Below are positions 1 through 12,849 of a DNA stretch of 64,000 nucleotides, piece after piece (the stretch's first letter is position 1; the number at the start of each line of letters is the position of its first letter). This DNA is from Eledone cirrhosa (taxonomy: Eukaryota): positions 306,838,001-306,902,000 of the forward strand of contig OZ024741.1 of assembly GCA_964016885.1 (NCBI GenBank), in the 5' to 3' direction. Both the position numbers and the translations under genes were made by a program. Under the pieces are notes generated by a model, which was not told where the DNA came from, searched no databases, and saw only the letters and a program-made list of their open reading frames with translations.

Positions 1-1111
<1,111 letters not shown>

Positions 1112-1339
1112 CAATTAAATAGCTCTAAGAAAAAAGCTTTTCCGAGCCGTAAGGATATTTACATATATATATATATATATATATATTTATTAAAATAACA
1201 GATTAAAGTTTAAGCAAAGAATCGCTGCTTTCACCCTTAACGGGATCTAATAAATATTTGCTCTTCGGTTCTTATATATTTGATATATATTTTCCTTATC
1301 GAGCCCTCTCTGGATTTTAGTCTTCAATTTTATTATTAT

Positions 1340-1374
<35 letters not shown>

Positions 1375-1569
1375 AATATCCTTACGATTCGAACACATGA
1401 ATGTTTATATTAGTGTTCATCTTTCTTGTTTGTTAAATTATATTGTACAGCTCGGAAAAGTTTTTTTCTTAGAGCTATTTAATTGTAAGAGACTACTCTG
1501 AGTTCTTAACTTAATATATATATATATGTAAATATATATATATAGATATATATTACATATATATATATA

Positions 1570-2740
1570 TCACATGATGGCTGCAAACTCGTATTCAAGC
1601 ATTGCCATTGCCTGATAAAATGTTAAAAAATGTGAGGCACGAATGTGGCTCTTTAAACCAGCCAAAAACTTGCACCCTCTGGCACATATATGGCAACTGT
1701 AGGCTCCTCCGGGATTTCTGTTGCTTTGTTCTGGCTGTGTCTCATGTGTCTTTTGAAACCTCCCTTGCTAACACATTCCGTACCACATTCTTTACACCTT
1801 TTCAGATCATAATCTACATAAGGTCTACTGATATGACTTTGTTCGTGTCTAGTCAAATCAGCTTTACTCAAGAAGACTCAACCACAGTGCTGGGCAAACT
1901 AGATGATGTTCAACAGCAGGCAGTTTAGAACAGTCTCCTTTCCTTACCTTCCATTTCAGTGTAAGGTGTCCTCTCCGATGAGTTTCAAAGTGTTCACTAC
2001 CTGCCTTGATCAAACGTCTCCACTTCATTCCAACACAAGCCAAGGTGCCCCTTACACAGTCCCAGTACCACATTTTTGGCTTGTGTGGTGGTCGCCTTCC
2101 TTCACACAGTTCTCCGTAGAAAAGTTGCTTTGGAATGCAACCACAGACATCTGGACCACGTGTCCACACCACCTCAACCGGTGCTGACAGATCATGCTCT
2201 CTATAGTCATGCACCTGCTCCGTTCGAGAACTTCCAAGTCACTGACGAACATTTTCCATTGCACCCCAAGTAACTTACAAAGAGATTGTTGGTGAAATCT
2301 CTTCAGTTCCTTGAGGTACTTTCTGTATGTGACCCACATTTCATAAACATAAAGCAAGAGGTGATGACACAATTCAGATACACTTTCACCTTGGTTTCAA
2401 TAGTGATACCTCGCCAGGACCATAAACGTTGATGCAGCTGTCCAAAAGCATCACTGGCTTTCTTGATTCTTAAGGATACTTCATCATCCAGTGCATGAGT
2501 TGTTCAGCGTACTATCAAGGTACACAAACTTGTCAGCAACTTTTAGTCTCTTTCCATACACGTACACACTTGGTGTAGTGTACTCTTTTCCAGGTGCTGG
2601 CTGATACATCACAACAGTCTTTTCCAAGCTTATTGTGAGGCCCAAAGTGCTGCAAGCTTCAGAAAAAGAGTTCATATGCTGCTTGTCACTCTGTGAGTGT
2701 GCAAAAAGATTGCAGTCATCTGCATACAAAAACTCTCAGA

Positions 2741-2741
<1 letters not shown>
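1570..2741 (-). mobile_element. BovB-like RTE LINE, 3' half (RT YADD to C-terminal C2H2 finger), frameshifted
   Basis: MYADDCNLFAHS...LGLTISLEKTVVMYQPAPG...; HRLRWCGHV...PKQLFYGEL; CKECGTECVSKGGFKRHMRH. Confidence 0.85.
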
Positions 2742-2782
<41 letters not shown>

Positions 2783-2889
2783 GTTTAACGTCCATCTTCC
2801 ACACTAGCATGGGTTTGGACGGATTAATAGATGTCAATACCTTTGTGCTTGCATCAAAGTGCCTCATGTTGAACAACCTTCCTGAAGTG

Positions 2890-4240
2890 TGATACATGAT
2901 GTAGACCACATGCAGACAATTCTTCCTGAATGCCACGAGAAACACTATCGTAAAATATAGGGAAAACTGGAGCGATATCACGGCCAAGGTGTTTGCGCTC
3001 ACCCAGAAGTGGGCAGAGTGCAAACTATCCTTAAAAGGTCGAGCGGAGGTGGCGAACATTTTCATAGCGTCCGTCATCTACTACTACTTGAGCATCGTGC
3101 CTTGTCTCCGTGAACACCTCACCAAGATGGAACGCATGCTCTTTCAGTTCCTTTGGAAGAAGCTGCCTTCACTGGTGAAGAGATCCGTCTGCTGTCACCA
3201 CCCTTCCAATGGAAGGGCTGGGAATGCCGTGGCTAATGATGCGCAAACATGCGCTGAGGCTGCGGCAGCTCCAGGTATTCCTCACCAACCCCCAGCCGGT
3301 GTGGGCACCGTTTGTGAGACAGGCCTTCCCGCAACTCGTCTCGCTGACGGAGCTGCAGTCCTGGGTCAAGCGCAGACCAAAAAAGATGGGCGCCTGGCAC
3401 ATTGAGTGCGCTCAGGTGATCACAGTCCTCTGGCAAGCAGGCACGGCAATCAGTGGAGACTCCACTTTGACATCCTATAGAAGGTTAATACATTACAAGG
3501 GCGATGACGTGCTCAGAGAGATTCTGGGCGTCAAAGACGATGAGCTCACCAGTCTGTTTGGTAGGACTTTCGCCCAGGACCTATGGACAACTTCCAGAGG
3601 CCCCTGGCCTGGCAGTGCTACCGAGAAGCTCTACCAGTGCGAGACAAGATCTACAGGTACAGACGCCCCGGCAGGGATCCTTCCAAGAAGACGTGACCAA
3701 GATGCGAGCAAGACATTGAAACCGTCTTGTACGCAATTGTACACTGCCCGGGGGGTAACCAACCTGTGGAACTACGCAGAACAACTGCTGTCGCGTATCG
3801 GACAAATCCAGTTGGCTGGCGAGTCCATAGTAAGGATCAAACCGCCAACGTCTTTCAAAAACGAAAGAGGGGTGGTTTTCCTCTGTATAGTGGCTACAGT
3901 GAAAGACGTTATATGGTGGACAAGATTGAAAGGATTGAGGACAGATGCCTTTCTCTCCAGACAACAACTCATTCCCTTCTTTAGATACCACTTTAAAAGG
4001 AGAATCAGAGTGGAAAGAGAGAGGCACTGCACCCCAGTAAATTACTGAAAGGTGGGTGAATGCAGCAAAAATGGCTCGAGTGATTGGGCCTTCTCTGCAT
4101 ATAAACCTGTAGGTTGAAGAAGAGAGCAAAAGGAAGAAAAGAGCACTTGCACAACATGCTCCTGGAGTTGAGGGTTGTCTATCTACGGGGTATTAAACAA
4201 CCCATTTGTAACGCCTCCCCACTAATGGGGATTTTGATTG
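2890..4240 (+). mobile_element. L1/Tx1-clade LINE, ORF2 C-terminal fragment and 3' UTR
   Basis: KWAECKLSLKGRAEVANIFIASVIYY...MERMLFQFLW...GLGMP, and a degenerate zf-RVT-like region (...AIVHC) with frameshifts. Confidence 0.75.
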
Positions 4241-4266
4241 TTGAATTTGTTTGTCAAACATTTTCC

Positions 4267-4336
<70 letters not shown>

Positions 4337-4369
4337 TTTTTTTTTTATATTACATACATATATATATAT

Positions 4370-4416
<47 letters not shown>

Positions 4417-4548
4417 CATATATATATACTAAATATATATATATTCTCCAAGAGATGTCAACATGAATGGACCTGTTATTTTTATCTAAAGACATTTATT
4501 TCAATTCCAACCCACCCGTCCCCTCAATCTATCTTATTTCTCATTCTT

Positions 4549-4584
4549 TCTTCTGATGAAGGACTAGAGTCTGAATCGTTAAGA
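4549..4584 (+). ncRNA. Degenerate minimal hammerhead-like motif
   Basis: tctt-CTGATGA-ag gact ag agtc t-GAAT-cg-TT-aaga. Stems I and II pair, but A15.1 is replaced by T. Confidence 0.55.
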
Positions 4585-4668
4585 CCCTCTTCCTGCTATT
4601 TGAAGCGTTAACCCAATATATTCCTTCCATATACTGTACCGATTGTGTTGCTATTTCTGTTTATCTTT

Positions 4669-4750
<82 letters not shown>

Positions 4751-5308
4751 TAGCAGAAAAACTACCCTTCATGTCGTTTTCTTCTACCATGTTGATATTA
4801 TACACAAATATATATGCATGTAGATATGATATGTAAAATAAAATCGTAATTGAGATCATGCACAGAAATTGAAGAGAGACTGTTACATTTAAAAAAGACA
4901 ATATTATATATGAAATGCATTACGCCAAAATTTTATGAAAACGATAAAGGAGAAAATTAGCAATAGAAATATAGCGATGCAAATATATGAACGTTTATAT
5001 AAGCGATAAAATATAGAGTCCATTATATCATAACCGGATGTACTGACATTTGAAAATTTTAAAAGAAGTGAATCATGAAATATGCAATAAAATTATTTAT
5101 ATTTAGTCAAGAGTTACGAAATTTAGTAGATAAATTATTTAATATTCATTCATTATGCATCCAAAGTAATCCAACTTATTTTACAAACTGGATAAAATAA
5201 TATATTCAGGACTCAGTCCCACACCCCTCCCTTTATTATATTATGATATATATATTATCAAAATCTGATTTGCTTCTAGTGTGTAATCATAGATGGTTAA
5301 ATTTTCTA

Positions 5309-5390
5309 CTTTGTCGATGATCCAAGATTTGACATCTATGATTCACTGATTAATGGTGAAATATATTTCCTCAATGGAATATATACAAAG
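5309..5390 (+). ncRNA. Hammerhead-like motif with variant core (TCGATGA)
   Basis: ctttg-TCGATGA-tcca..29 nt..tggt-GAAA-tatatttcc tcaat ggaatata-TA-caaag. All three stems pair. Confidence 0.6.
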
Positions 5391-5578
5391 GAGATTAATC
5401 TTTATTGAAAGGAATCTATATTCTAGGTCCTTGTTAATTTTCAATATGTTACCTCCGTAACTATGTATGTTTACACTCTTCACAAATTATCCTCTGTAAA
5501 TATTTGATGTGTTTATTTTATACACATACGCCATCTTACTTTTAATTTAATTTAATAGATATATATATATTAAATATT

Positions 5579-5643
<65 letters not shown>

Positions 5644-5649
<6 letters not shown>

Positions 5650-6039
5650 TAATAAAAACAATGAATAAAAACAAAGAAACAGTTCCTTATATTAAAAAAT
5701 TCATCATTTTACGATCGTTTCTAGGATATATATGTGTGTGTTGGTATGTATATCATATAGATCTATGTAAAAATTTTACAAACTATCAGAGGGAATATAT
5801 ATACCTACACATATATATATGCTGTCTTCAGAAATAATGATTATTTCTGTATTTCTGAAGACAGCATATATATGTGTAGGTATGTATATTTCCTCTGATA
5901 GTTTGTAAATTTTTTTACATAGATCTATATGATATACATACCAACACACATATATATCCTAGAAACGATCGTAAAATGAGGAATTTTTTAATATAAGGAA
6001 CTGTTTCTTTGTTTTTATTCATTGTTTTTATTAATTTAT
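5644..6039. repeat. ~190-bp-arm fold-back palindrome (PLE pseudo-LTR-like)
   Basis: 5644-5836 is the reverse complement of 5850-6039, with scattered mismatches. (TA)n lies on the left, and a ~130-nt tail then (TA)n on the right. Confidence 0.9.
5850..5978 (+). ncRNA. Type I hammerhead with ~100-nt stem II
   Basis: tattt-CTGAAGA-[100-nt hairpin: atatatatgtgt/ggtatgtatat pairs with atatacatacc/acacacatatatat]-GAAA-cgatcg-TA-aaatg. An antisense copy lies in the left arm. Confidence 0.72.
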
Positions 6040-6199
6040 CTTGACTCTGTTTTCCTGTGATTTTCATCGAAAAAAATTTTGAATACATCTTTTCTTTTCA
6101 TGATATTTGGATTACATTGAGTTCTTCATACGGATTGGACACTACCGTATATTTTGGTAGATTTATCTACATATATATATTTATATATATATATATATA

Positions 6200-7057
6200 C
6201 AGGGTGCGGACGATATTTATTCGCAATTTTCAACTGCTAATTTTATGCAATTTTTTTGACTTCCGTTGTCACTCTTGTCTTCATAAAAACAGTGACTATA
6301 TTTCCATTATTTATTTTCAGAATAATTGATTATGAATAATTTTGAACCTCCAAATTTGTGGAAGAGACAAATAAGACCAGAAGATCAACTCCCAGAACAA
6401 CAGGTGGCTCGCTGTCTCATCCAAAGACGTGCCCAGAGTCATGCAGACAAAGTTTTCAGCGACAACATTGGTCTTGTGTGTCGTCAGCAGTCAAGGTGAC
6501 GTCATGCGACCTCACTTCTTCCCTGAGGGCCTCAAGCTGAATACCGATGGCTACATCCGCGTTCTGAGCGAGGTAGTAAATCCCTGGATCGACCAGGTCG
6601 CTGCAGGTAGGCCGTACGTGTGGCAGCAAGACTCAGCGCCCTGCCATACCAGCCGAAAGACCCAAGCCTGACTGTTAGAGAACTTCGTCGACCACACTTC
6701 ACCTGACATCTGGCCTCTCAGCTCGCCTGACTGCAACTCCCGCAACTTCTTTGTGTGGGGCGCAGTGGAAAGAGACGCCAACAGATCTAGCTGCAATACA
6801 AAAGACGATCTGAAGGCCAGGATCACAAGTGCCTTTAGGGGCCTAAGTCGGGGGACAGTGACGAAGGCCTATAGCTGGTTCTGAGGCCGCCTTGAATGCC
6901 TTTATCAAAGCCAATAGCGGGTTTATCGAGTGAGATCGAAATAACAAGTCATGAAGACAAACTGACCCAAGTTTGATAAATATATCTTAAAATATAAAAC
7001 TACTGTGTCATTTTTTCCTGGACAGTACTCTTGCGAACAGATATCGTCCGCACCATT
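6200..7057 (+). mobile_element. Internally deleted Tc1/mariner-superfamily transposon, DD37D (maT)-type, pseudogenised
   Basis: Imperfect ~27-bp TIRs (cagggtgcggacgatatttattcgcaa / ttgcgaacagatatcgtccgcaccatt) with TA flanks. Transposase remnant VWQQDSAPCHTSRKTQA*LLENF...WPLSSPDCNSRNFFVWG has 37 residues between D and the third (D->N) catalytic position. Confidence 0.85.
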
Positions 7058-7069
7058 TATATAGACATA

Positions 7070-7129
<60 letters not shown>

Positions 7130-7218
7130 ATATTAATAATAATAAATTTGAAGACTAAAATCCAAAGAGGGCTCGATAAGGATAAATATATATCAATTAT
7201 ATAAGAACCGTAGAGCAA

Positions 7219-7351
7219 ATATTTATTAAAATAACAGATTAAAGTTTAAGCAAAGAATCGCTGCTTTCACCCTTAACGGGATCTTCTGTCAGAAGATCCC
7301 GTTAAGGGTGAAAGCAGCGATTCTTTGCTTAAACTTTAATCTGTTATTTTA

Positions 7352-7359
<8 letters not shown>
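7219..7359. repeat. Perfect 70-bp-arm palindrome centred on a hammerhead-like core
   Basis: 7219-7288 and 7290-7359 are exact reverse complements with a 1-nt loop. The right arm starts CAGAAGA-tccc gttaa gggt-GAAA. Related copies at 1185-1340, 32850-33090 and 58790-58860. Confidence 0.9.
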
Positions 7360-7419
<60 letters not shown>

Positions 7420-7669
7420 CATATATATCATCGTCATCATCATTTAACGTCCATCTTCCATGCTAGCATGGGTCAGAAGGTTTTGTTCCATTTCATGTGG
7501 GAATGGTCAGGAGACCGTGTCTCGCTGTTATGGAATTTTCTCTGGCAGGTTTTTTACAGCTGGATGCCTTTCTAAACACCAACCACAGTGTGAACTGGGA
7601 CCCTTTTTATCAAGTCTGCTAAACGGCCACCTTACAGTGTAGACTGTTGTGTCATCGACACATATATAT

Positions 7670-9200
7670 AGACATAATGGAGGAAGATGTGGTATCCACC
7701 ATAGACGAAATTAGAACAACTCAGTTGTTGGACCTGATGGATTCCCACCAGTCTTCCGAAAAACATGTAAGTATGCCTTAGCAACTCCACTGACGACCCT
7801 CTTCAGAAGCTCCTTGGCTAGTGGTAGACTACGCAGGGAGCTGAAAGAAAGCAGCTGAAGGAGGAAACAGGACGGAGGCCAAAAGCTTCAGGCCAGTCTC
7901 CCTGACGTCACATATCGGTAAGGTCATGGGGCGAATCATCAGAAAGAAACTGATTACATTCCTCGAGGAAAATGACTGCCTGACTAGTATGCAGCATGGC
8001 TTTCACTCAGGAAGAAGCTGCCTTACACAGCTGCTACAAAACTACAACTGGGTACTGAAACAACTGATAGACAAGGCACATGTGGACGTGATATATCTTG
8101 ACTTTGCGAAGGCCTTTGACAAGGTCGACGACGGAATATGTCACAAACTACACAGACTCGGCATAACTGGAAAAGTAGGTGAGTGGCTGCATGATTTCTT
8201 AAAAGTCAGAAGCCAGACAGTTGCAGCCAATGGTGGCTCTCTCAAACATGCCCTCTGTAGTACATACAACATCCCTCACTAGCTATGCTGATGACACTAA
8301 GGTAGCACAGGCAATCAAAAACCCGGCTGATGCTGCCATTTTACAAGATCTGGATGCCATATATAAATGGGCGGAAAACAACAACATACAGTTTATTGCT
8401 GGCAAATTTCAAGCCCTACAATACAAACCTGCAAACACAAATACAGTACAACACAGTTACATGAGACCTGGATATAGACATGAGCGACGATTCATCTTTT
8501 TCCTCACACATCATGAAAGTGGTGACAATGTGCAGACGACTCGCTAGCTGGATCTTGAGGCTTTCTGGACCAGAGACCGAGAGACAATGTTGACACTATG
8601 GAGGACATTTATCCTAAGCCGCCTGGACTATTGCTCCCAGCTGTGGTCACCCCATAATGTCAAACTAACCATGGAGCTTGAGGCAATCCATCGAAGCTAC
8701 ACCAAGAGGATTGTGACGATGGAGGAGATAAGCTACTGGGAGAGGCTAAAAGAACTGAATCTTTACTCCTTGGAATGAAGATGGAAGAGATACGCAATGA
8801 TATACATGTCGAAAATCCTGGAGGGACTAGCACCAAACTTTGGCATTGGCAGCTGGACCAACCCCCGAACAAGATGTCACTGTGTGGTGCCAATGGTCCC
8901 GTCTTCCACATCTAGAATAAGGAGCAGATATTACAATAGCCTGGGGTTCAAGGGCCCTCAACTCTTCAAGAAGCAGTTGAGGGATCTGAGAGATCTGAAT
9001 GGCGTGGATGTGGATGTTTTCAAGAAACATCTCGACACCTTGCTATCCAGGATCCCGGAGGAGCCCACAGCAAGGCACAAGGGAAACCTAAGAGAAGCAG
9101 CAACGAACTCCCTCTTGCACCAGTGACCAACCAATACAGGCTGGATATAAAATGTACAGCAAGAAGAGCGGTGCCCTCAGTCGGATGGCTGGAACAGGTA
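7670..9200 (+). mobile_element. CR1-like LINE, RT and C-terminal region, decayed
   Basis: FRPVSLTS, QHGFHSGRSCLTQL, YLDFAKAFDKVD, SYADDTK, SRLDYCSQLWSP, YWERLKELNLYSLE. Confidence 0.85.
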
Positions 9201-9562
9201 AAAGAGTAAAAGAATATATAATCCGCTGCCCAGGCAGAGGATTTCTTCTTTTATCTGTTTCAGCAGGAAGAGTCCAACCAGGTCCGTTACCTGTGCGGAG
9301 TTGCTATATGGACAATAACAACATATTGAGATGGGAACTTCCCTCAAGCTCTAGGGACAGTAGCCCCGCCACACCGAGCCCAAGGTAAACTACCCCCTAC
9401 ACACTCACCACCCCTACTCCCGCCTCGATCGACTCCTATAGCAACACATACTTATACATATGTCCATACATAGATACTGTTGTTTAAAATTATACATACA
9501 TCGTTCCACCCTTTCAAGTAGGGAAGAGCGGACGTAAAATGATAGATACTTGCATGTATGTG

Positions 9563-9611
<49 letters not shown>

Positions 9612-10387
9612 ATATATACATGTATGTGTGCGTGTATATATATATATATATATGGAATGCACCTGAGCCTGTGTTTTTTGCGTGTGTGCTTGCAACGATG
9701 TGCGTTGACATACACGCATATGTACTTTATGCCGAAATAGGAACTGTAGTCCTTTGCATTTCCGGATTTTGACACTCAGGTTTTGGTGTTTTACACTCCA
9801 CTTTTATCTCATTTGCTCTTAAAACGCACCACTCGATGATAGTGTAAGAATTGTAATTCTTTACACTTCTCGATTCTGACACAGGTTTTCTACTTCACTT
9901 AATATTTTTCAAATCTTTCAAATTTTGATATTGGTTGTAACACGCATTTTTTTATTTTTTTATTTTTTTATTTTTTTTATTTTTTTATTTTTTTATTTTT
10001 TTATTTGTTTGGCACCCCACACCACGTGAAATGGTGGCAGGATGGATGCCAACCTACACACACATTCTTCAGAACATAGCAGCAGCACACTAAATCTGAC
10101 CTGCCAGCTGACCCCTTAACACCACTACCACTACCAACACAATGGAGGAAGTCAGCTGTACTTAAACAAAAACAACTACAACAGATTGTCTTGCCTCAGA
10201 AAAGTTTCACAACTGACCAATGGGATGAGAGAGTGTCCTATGACACCGAAATTGGTTTGTTCTAACTCATATGATTCCAGTTCCTCAGAAGAATAACAAC
10301 ACTACCAGGAGCTGGACATATCGATGTATTGACGGAGTAAAACACACTTCAATAACATGTGTACCTGTCTTTCCCACACCAATTCGG

Positions 10388-10442
10388 ACTGTCTGAAGAG
10401 GTCACAGCCAATGGTGGCTGTCACCCAAATATATATAGCAGT
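10388..10442 (+). ncRNA. Hammerhead-like motif, G12 mutated
   Basis: actgt-CTGAAGA-ggtcacagcca atgg tggctgtcacc-CAAA-tatata-TA-gcagt. Confidence 0.6.
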
Positions 10443-10843
10443 ATATCTATAATTTATAATAAACGAAGCCAAATTTTACATATTTGACTTAATTATTTTA
10501 CATTACTCCGGAGTAAACAAACCAACCTGCGTACTTCGTCGAGTGCTCCAATCTGCATACCGAGGTGTCGGTAAACAACCCACATATACTCAAAATCATT
10601 ATATTACATATATATATAAATACATATATATAATTATATACATATATATATATTATATTTACTTATATATATAAACCCATGCTAGCATAGAAGATAGATG
10701 TTAAACGATGATGATGATAATGATGATGATATATATGATATATATATCATATATATATTATACATATATATTACATATATATATATTACACAGACATATA
10801 TATATATATATATATATACATATAATACATATATACATATATA

Positions 10844-11030
10844 GGGCGGTGGATTGGCAGTATCGGTAGAGGATCGGACGCCATACTTTGACGCATAGAG
10901 TTACGGCCCTTGTCATTCTAAGTTCAAATCCCGCCGAGGTTAACATTGCCTTTCATCCTTACGGGGTCGATAAAATAAAGTACCAGTAATGCACTGGGTA
11001 ATTTCTGGCCTTGTGCCAAAAGTAGAAACA
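10844..11030 (+). mobile_element. tRNA-headed SINE (second copy at 16799-17020)
   Basis: A-box-like tggcagtatcgg and B-box gttcaaatcc. The central block gcctttcatccttacggggtcgataaaataaagtaccag is shared by both copies. Confidence 0.75.
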
Positions 11031-11264
11031 ATTATATATATATTACATATAAATATATATTACATATATATATATAGGATTTACATCCATCAGCCAATGA
11101 CCTCCACCCTCGCCAACCATCAGAAAATGTATAAATACCAGCATATCGAAAGTCGGCTTTACTGATGATTTCCTCCGAATAAAACAGTTCTATATTAAGA
11201 ATGAAACAGTCGGCTTTACTGATGATTTCCTCCGAATAAAACAGTTCTATATTAAGAATGAAAC

Positions 11265-12425
11265 GTGGTCTTCAAGTGCAACGTGAGGACAGAAAAATCC
11301 CACAAGGCCTACATCGGATTAACCACCTGCAACTTCAAGACCCAGTATTACCAATACCAACATACATTTAGAAACCTGACCCGATGACACGCGACAGCAC
11401 TTTCTGGCCATATTTGGGACCTCCAAGACAACAATATTACTTACCATCTAAGTTGGAGCATAGTTTCCAAAGCAAAATCTTACTCGGTAGGATGCCGTCA
11501 GTGTAATTTATGCTCGGAAGAAATGATCCAGATGTTGTTTGCAAAGGACCAACTCTTATACAAAAAGGATGAACTTGTTACCTCTTGTAAACACAGAATA
11601 CATAGGACATATCTTATCTACAAACCTCCTCATGACCCGGGTGGGCACAAACTAAAATAGAGGAAACCCCAAGCATACTTAGGTAGAAGTACCATTTTTT
11701 TTTCTTTTTTCTTCATTAGTTACACACTCTAATTACACAATTATATTCAGTTTCCATTCTTCCTTGAATTAACCCAAATATTTTAACTCCTGTTAAATAT
11801 ACATAGCACCAGCCGCACACATAGCCATGGTCTTTTTCAAGGGTGTATCATTATGGAAGATAATATTGATAAATTACTACATTGAGGTGGCGTTTTAGTG
11901 CATTAGAGTAACTAATAACTAAATTTTATTAATTAGGAATTTAATTAGTATTAAATTATATTTGCTTCGCTCTTTAGCCAATGTCAGACCTGGCATATTC
12001 ACTCTACAATATTCCTTGTTTCTCATAGGTTCTTACCCCCTTTAGAGATAGCTGTAAAGAATTCTCTCTTAACACATGACTGGCCTGGCATCCACAGTTC
12101 AGAATGTCATCTTACCCCCCCCCCCCCTGTTCTACAGGCAAGTTCAGCCACCCCCACCCCTACCCTCGCCACTATGAAGGAATTTAACTATGTATATGAC
12201 ATCCCAAATACTTTGAACACTTCCCTTGACAGAAAAGAAAGAAAACAATTTTTAGGATTGTTTGATATGATACCACTGCGATGTTTTGATTGCATGCCCA
12301 TATATGGACTGTATCCCTTGATGAGTTCAGCTAGGTCATTACCCTCCTAACACTACTGCTTTAGTTCAGATCTTGCTGTCGAAATGACTGGAGCTCAGCC
12401 GTCGGGGTCCTGACTCTTTTCCTAT
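11265..12425 (+). mobile_element. Penelope-like element 3' fragment (GIY-YIG end, 3' UTR, HHR at 12313-12408)
   Basis: VVFKCN...AYIGLTTCNFKTQYYQY...TALSGHIWDL...CNLCSEE...KKDELVTSCKHR. The 3' motif is atccc-TTGATGA...GAAA...GTC-ggggt. Confidence 0.8.
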
Positions 12426-12432
12426 ATATATA

Positions 12433-12767
12433 TTCATTCATTCATTTCATTTCATTTTATGTCCACTTTTCCCTGTTGCAAAGGGTGGGACGGGAACTGA
12501 TTCTGGCTTGATTTCTACAGCTGGATGCCCTTCCTAACACCAACCTCATTTACAGTGAGTGCTGGGTGCTTTTTTGCCGTGGCACCTTCACGACCACTTT
12601 GCAGTGGAATAATAGGGACTTGGGTCCCTATCATCTCATTTCTACAGCTGAGTAAACTGGAGCAATGTGAAATAAAGTTTCTTGCTCAAGGAAACAACAC
12701 ATCACCCGGTCTGAGAATTGAACTCACAACCTTTAGATTGCAAGGTCAATGTTCTAACCACTAACCC

Positions 12768-12770
<3 letters not shown>
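12433..12770 (-). mobile_element. tRNA-headed SINE with RTE-like 3' tail (second copy at 26837-27220; degenerate + strand head at 45250-45430)
   Basis: The minus strand reads gtggttaga...gagttcaattctc (A/B boxes), then ccttgagcaag. The tail gttaggaagggcatccagctgtagaaa...ccgtcccacc...(aatga)n matches the 3' ends of RTE copies in this window. Confidence 0.78.

Positions 12771-12849
<79 letters not shown>

Noticed and set aside
5644-6039. Palindromes as assembly or amplification fold-back artefacts
   Set aside because: The arms carry independent substitutions and indels, have asymmetric tails, and repeatedly coincide with HHR motifs. The perfect palindrome at 7219-7359 alone cannot be cleared without raw reads.
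9825-9880. TCGATGA followed by a long hairpin
   Set aside because: No GAAA follows the hairpin. At best a decayed HHR.
10844-10940. Possible tRNA genes (also at 16799 and 27150)
   Set aside because: They have A/B boxes but no cloverleaf, and they continue into SINE bodies.
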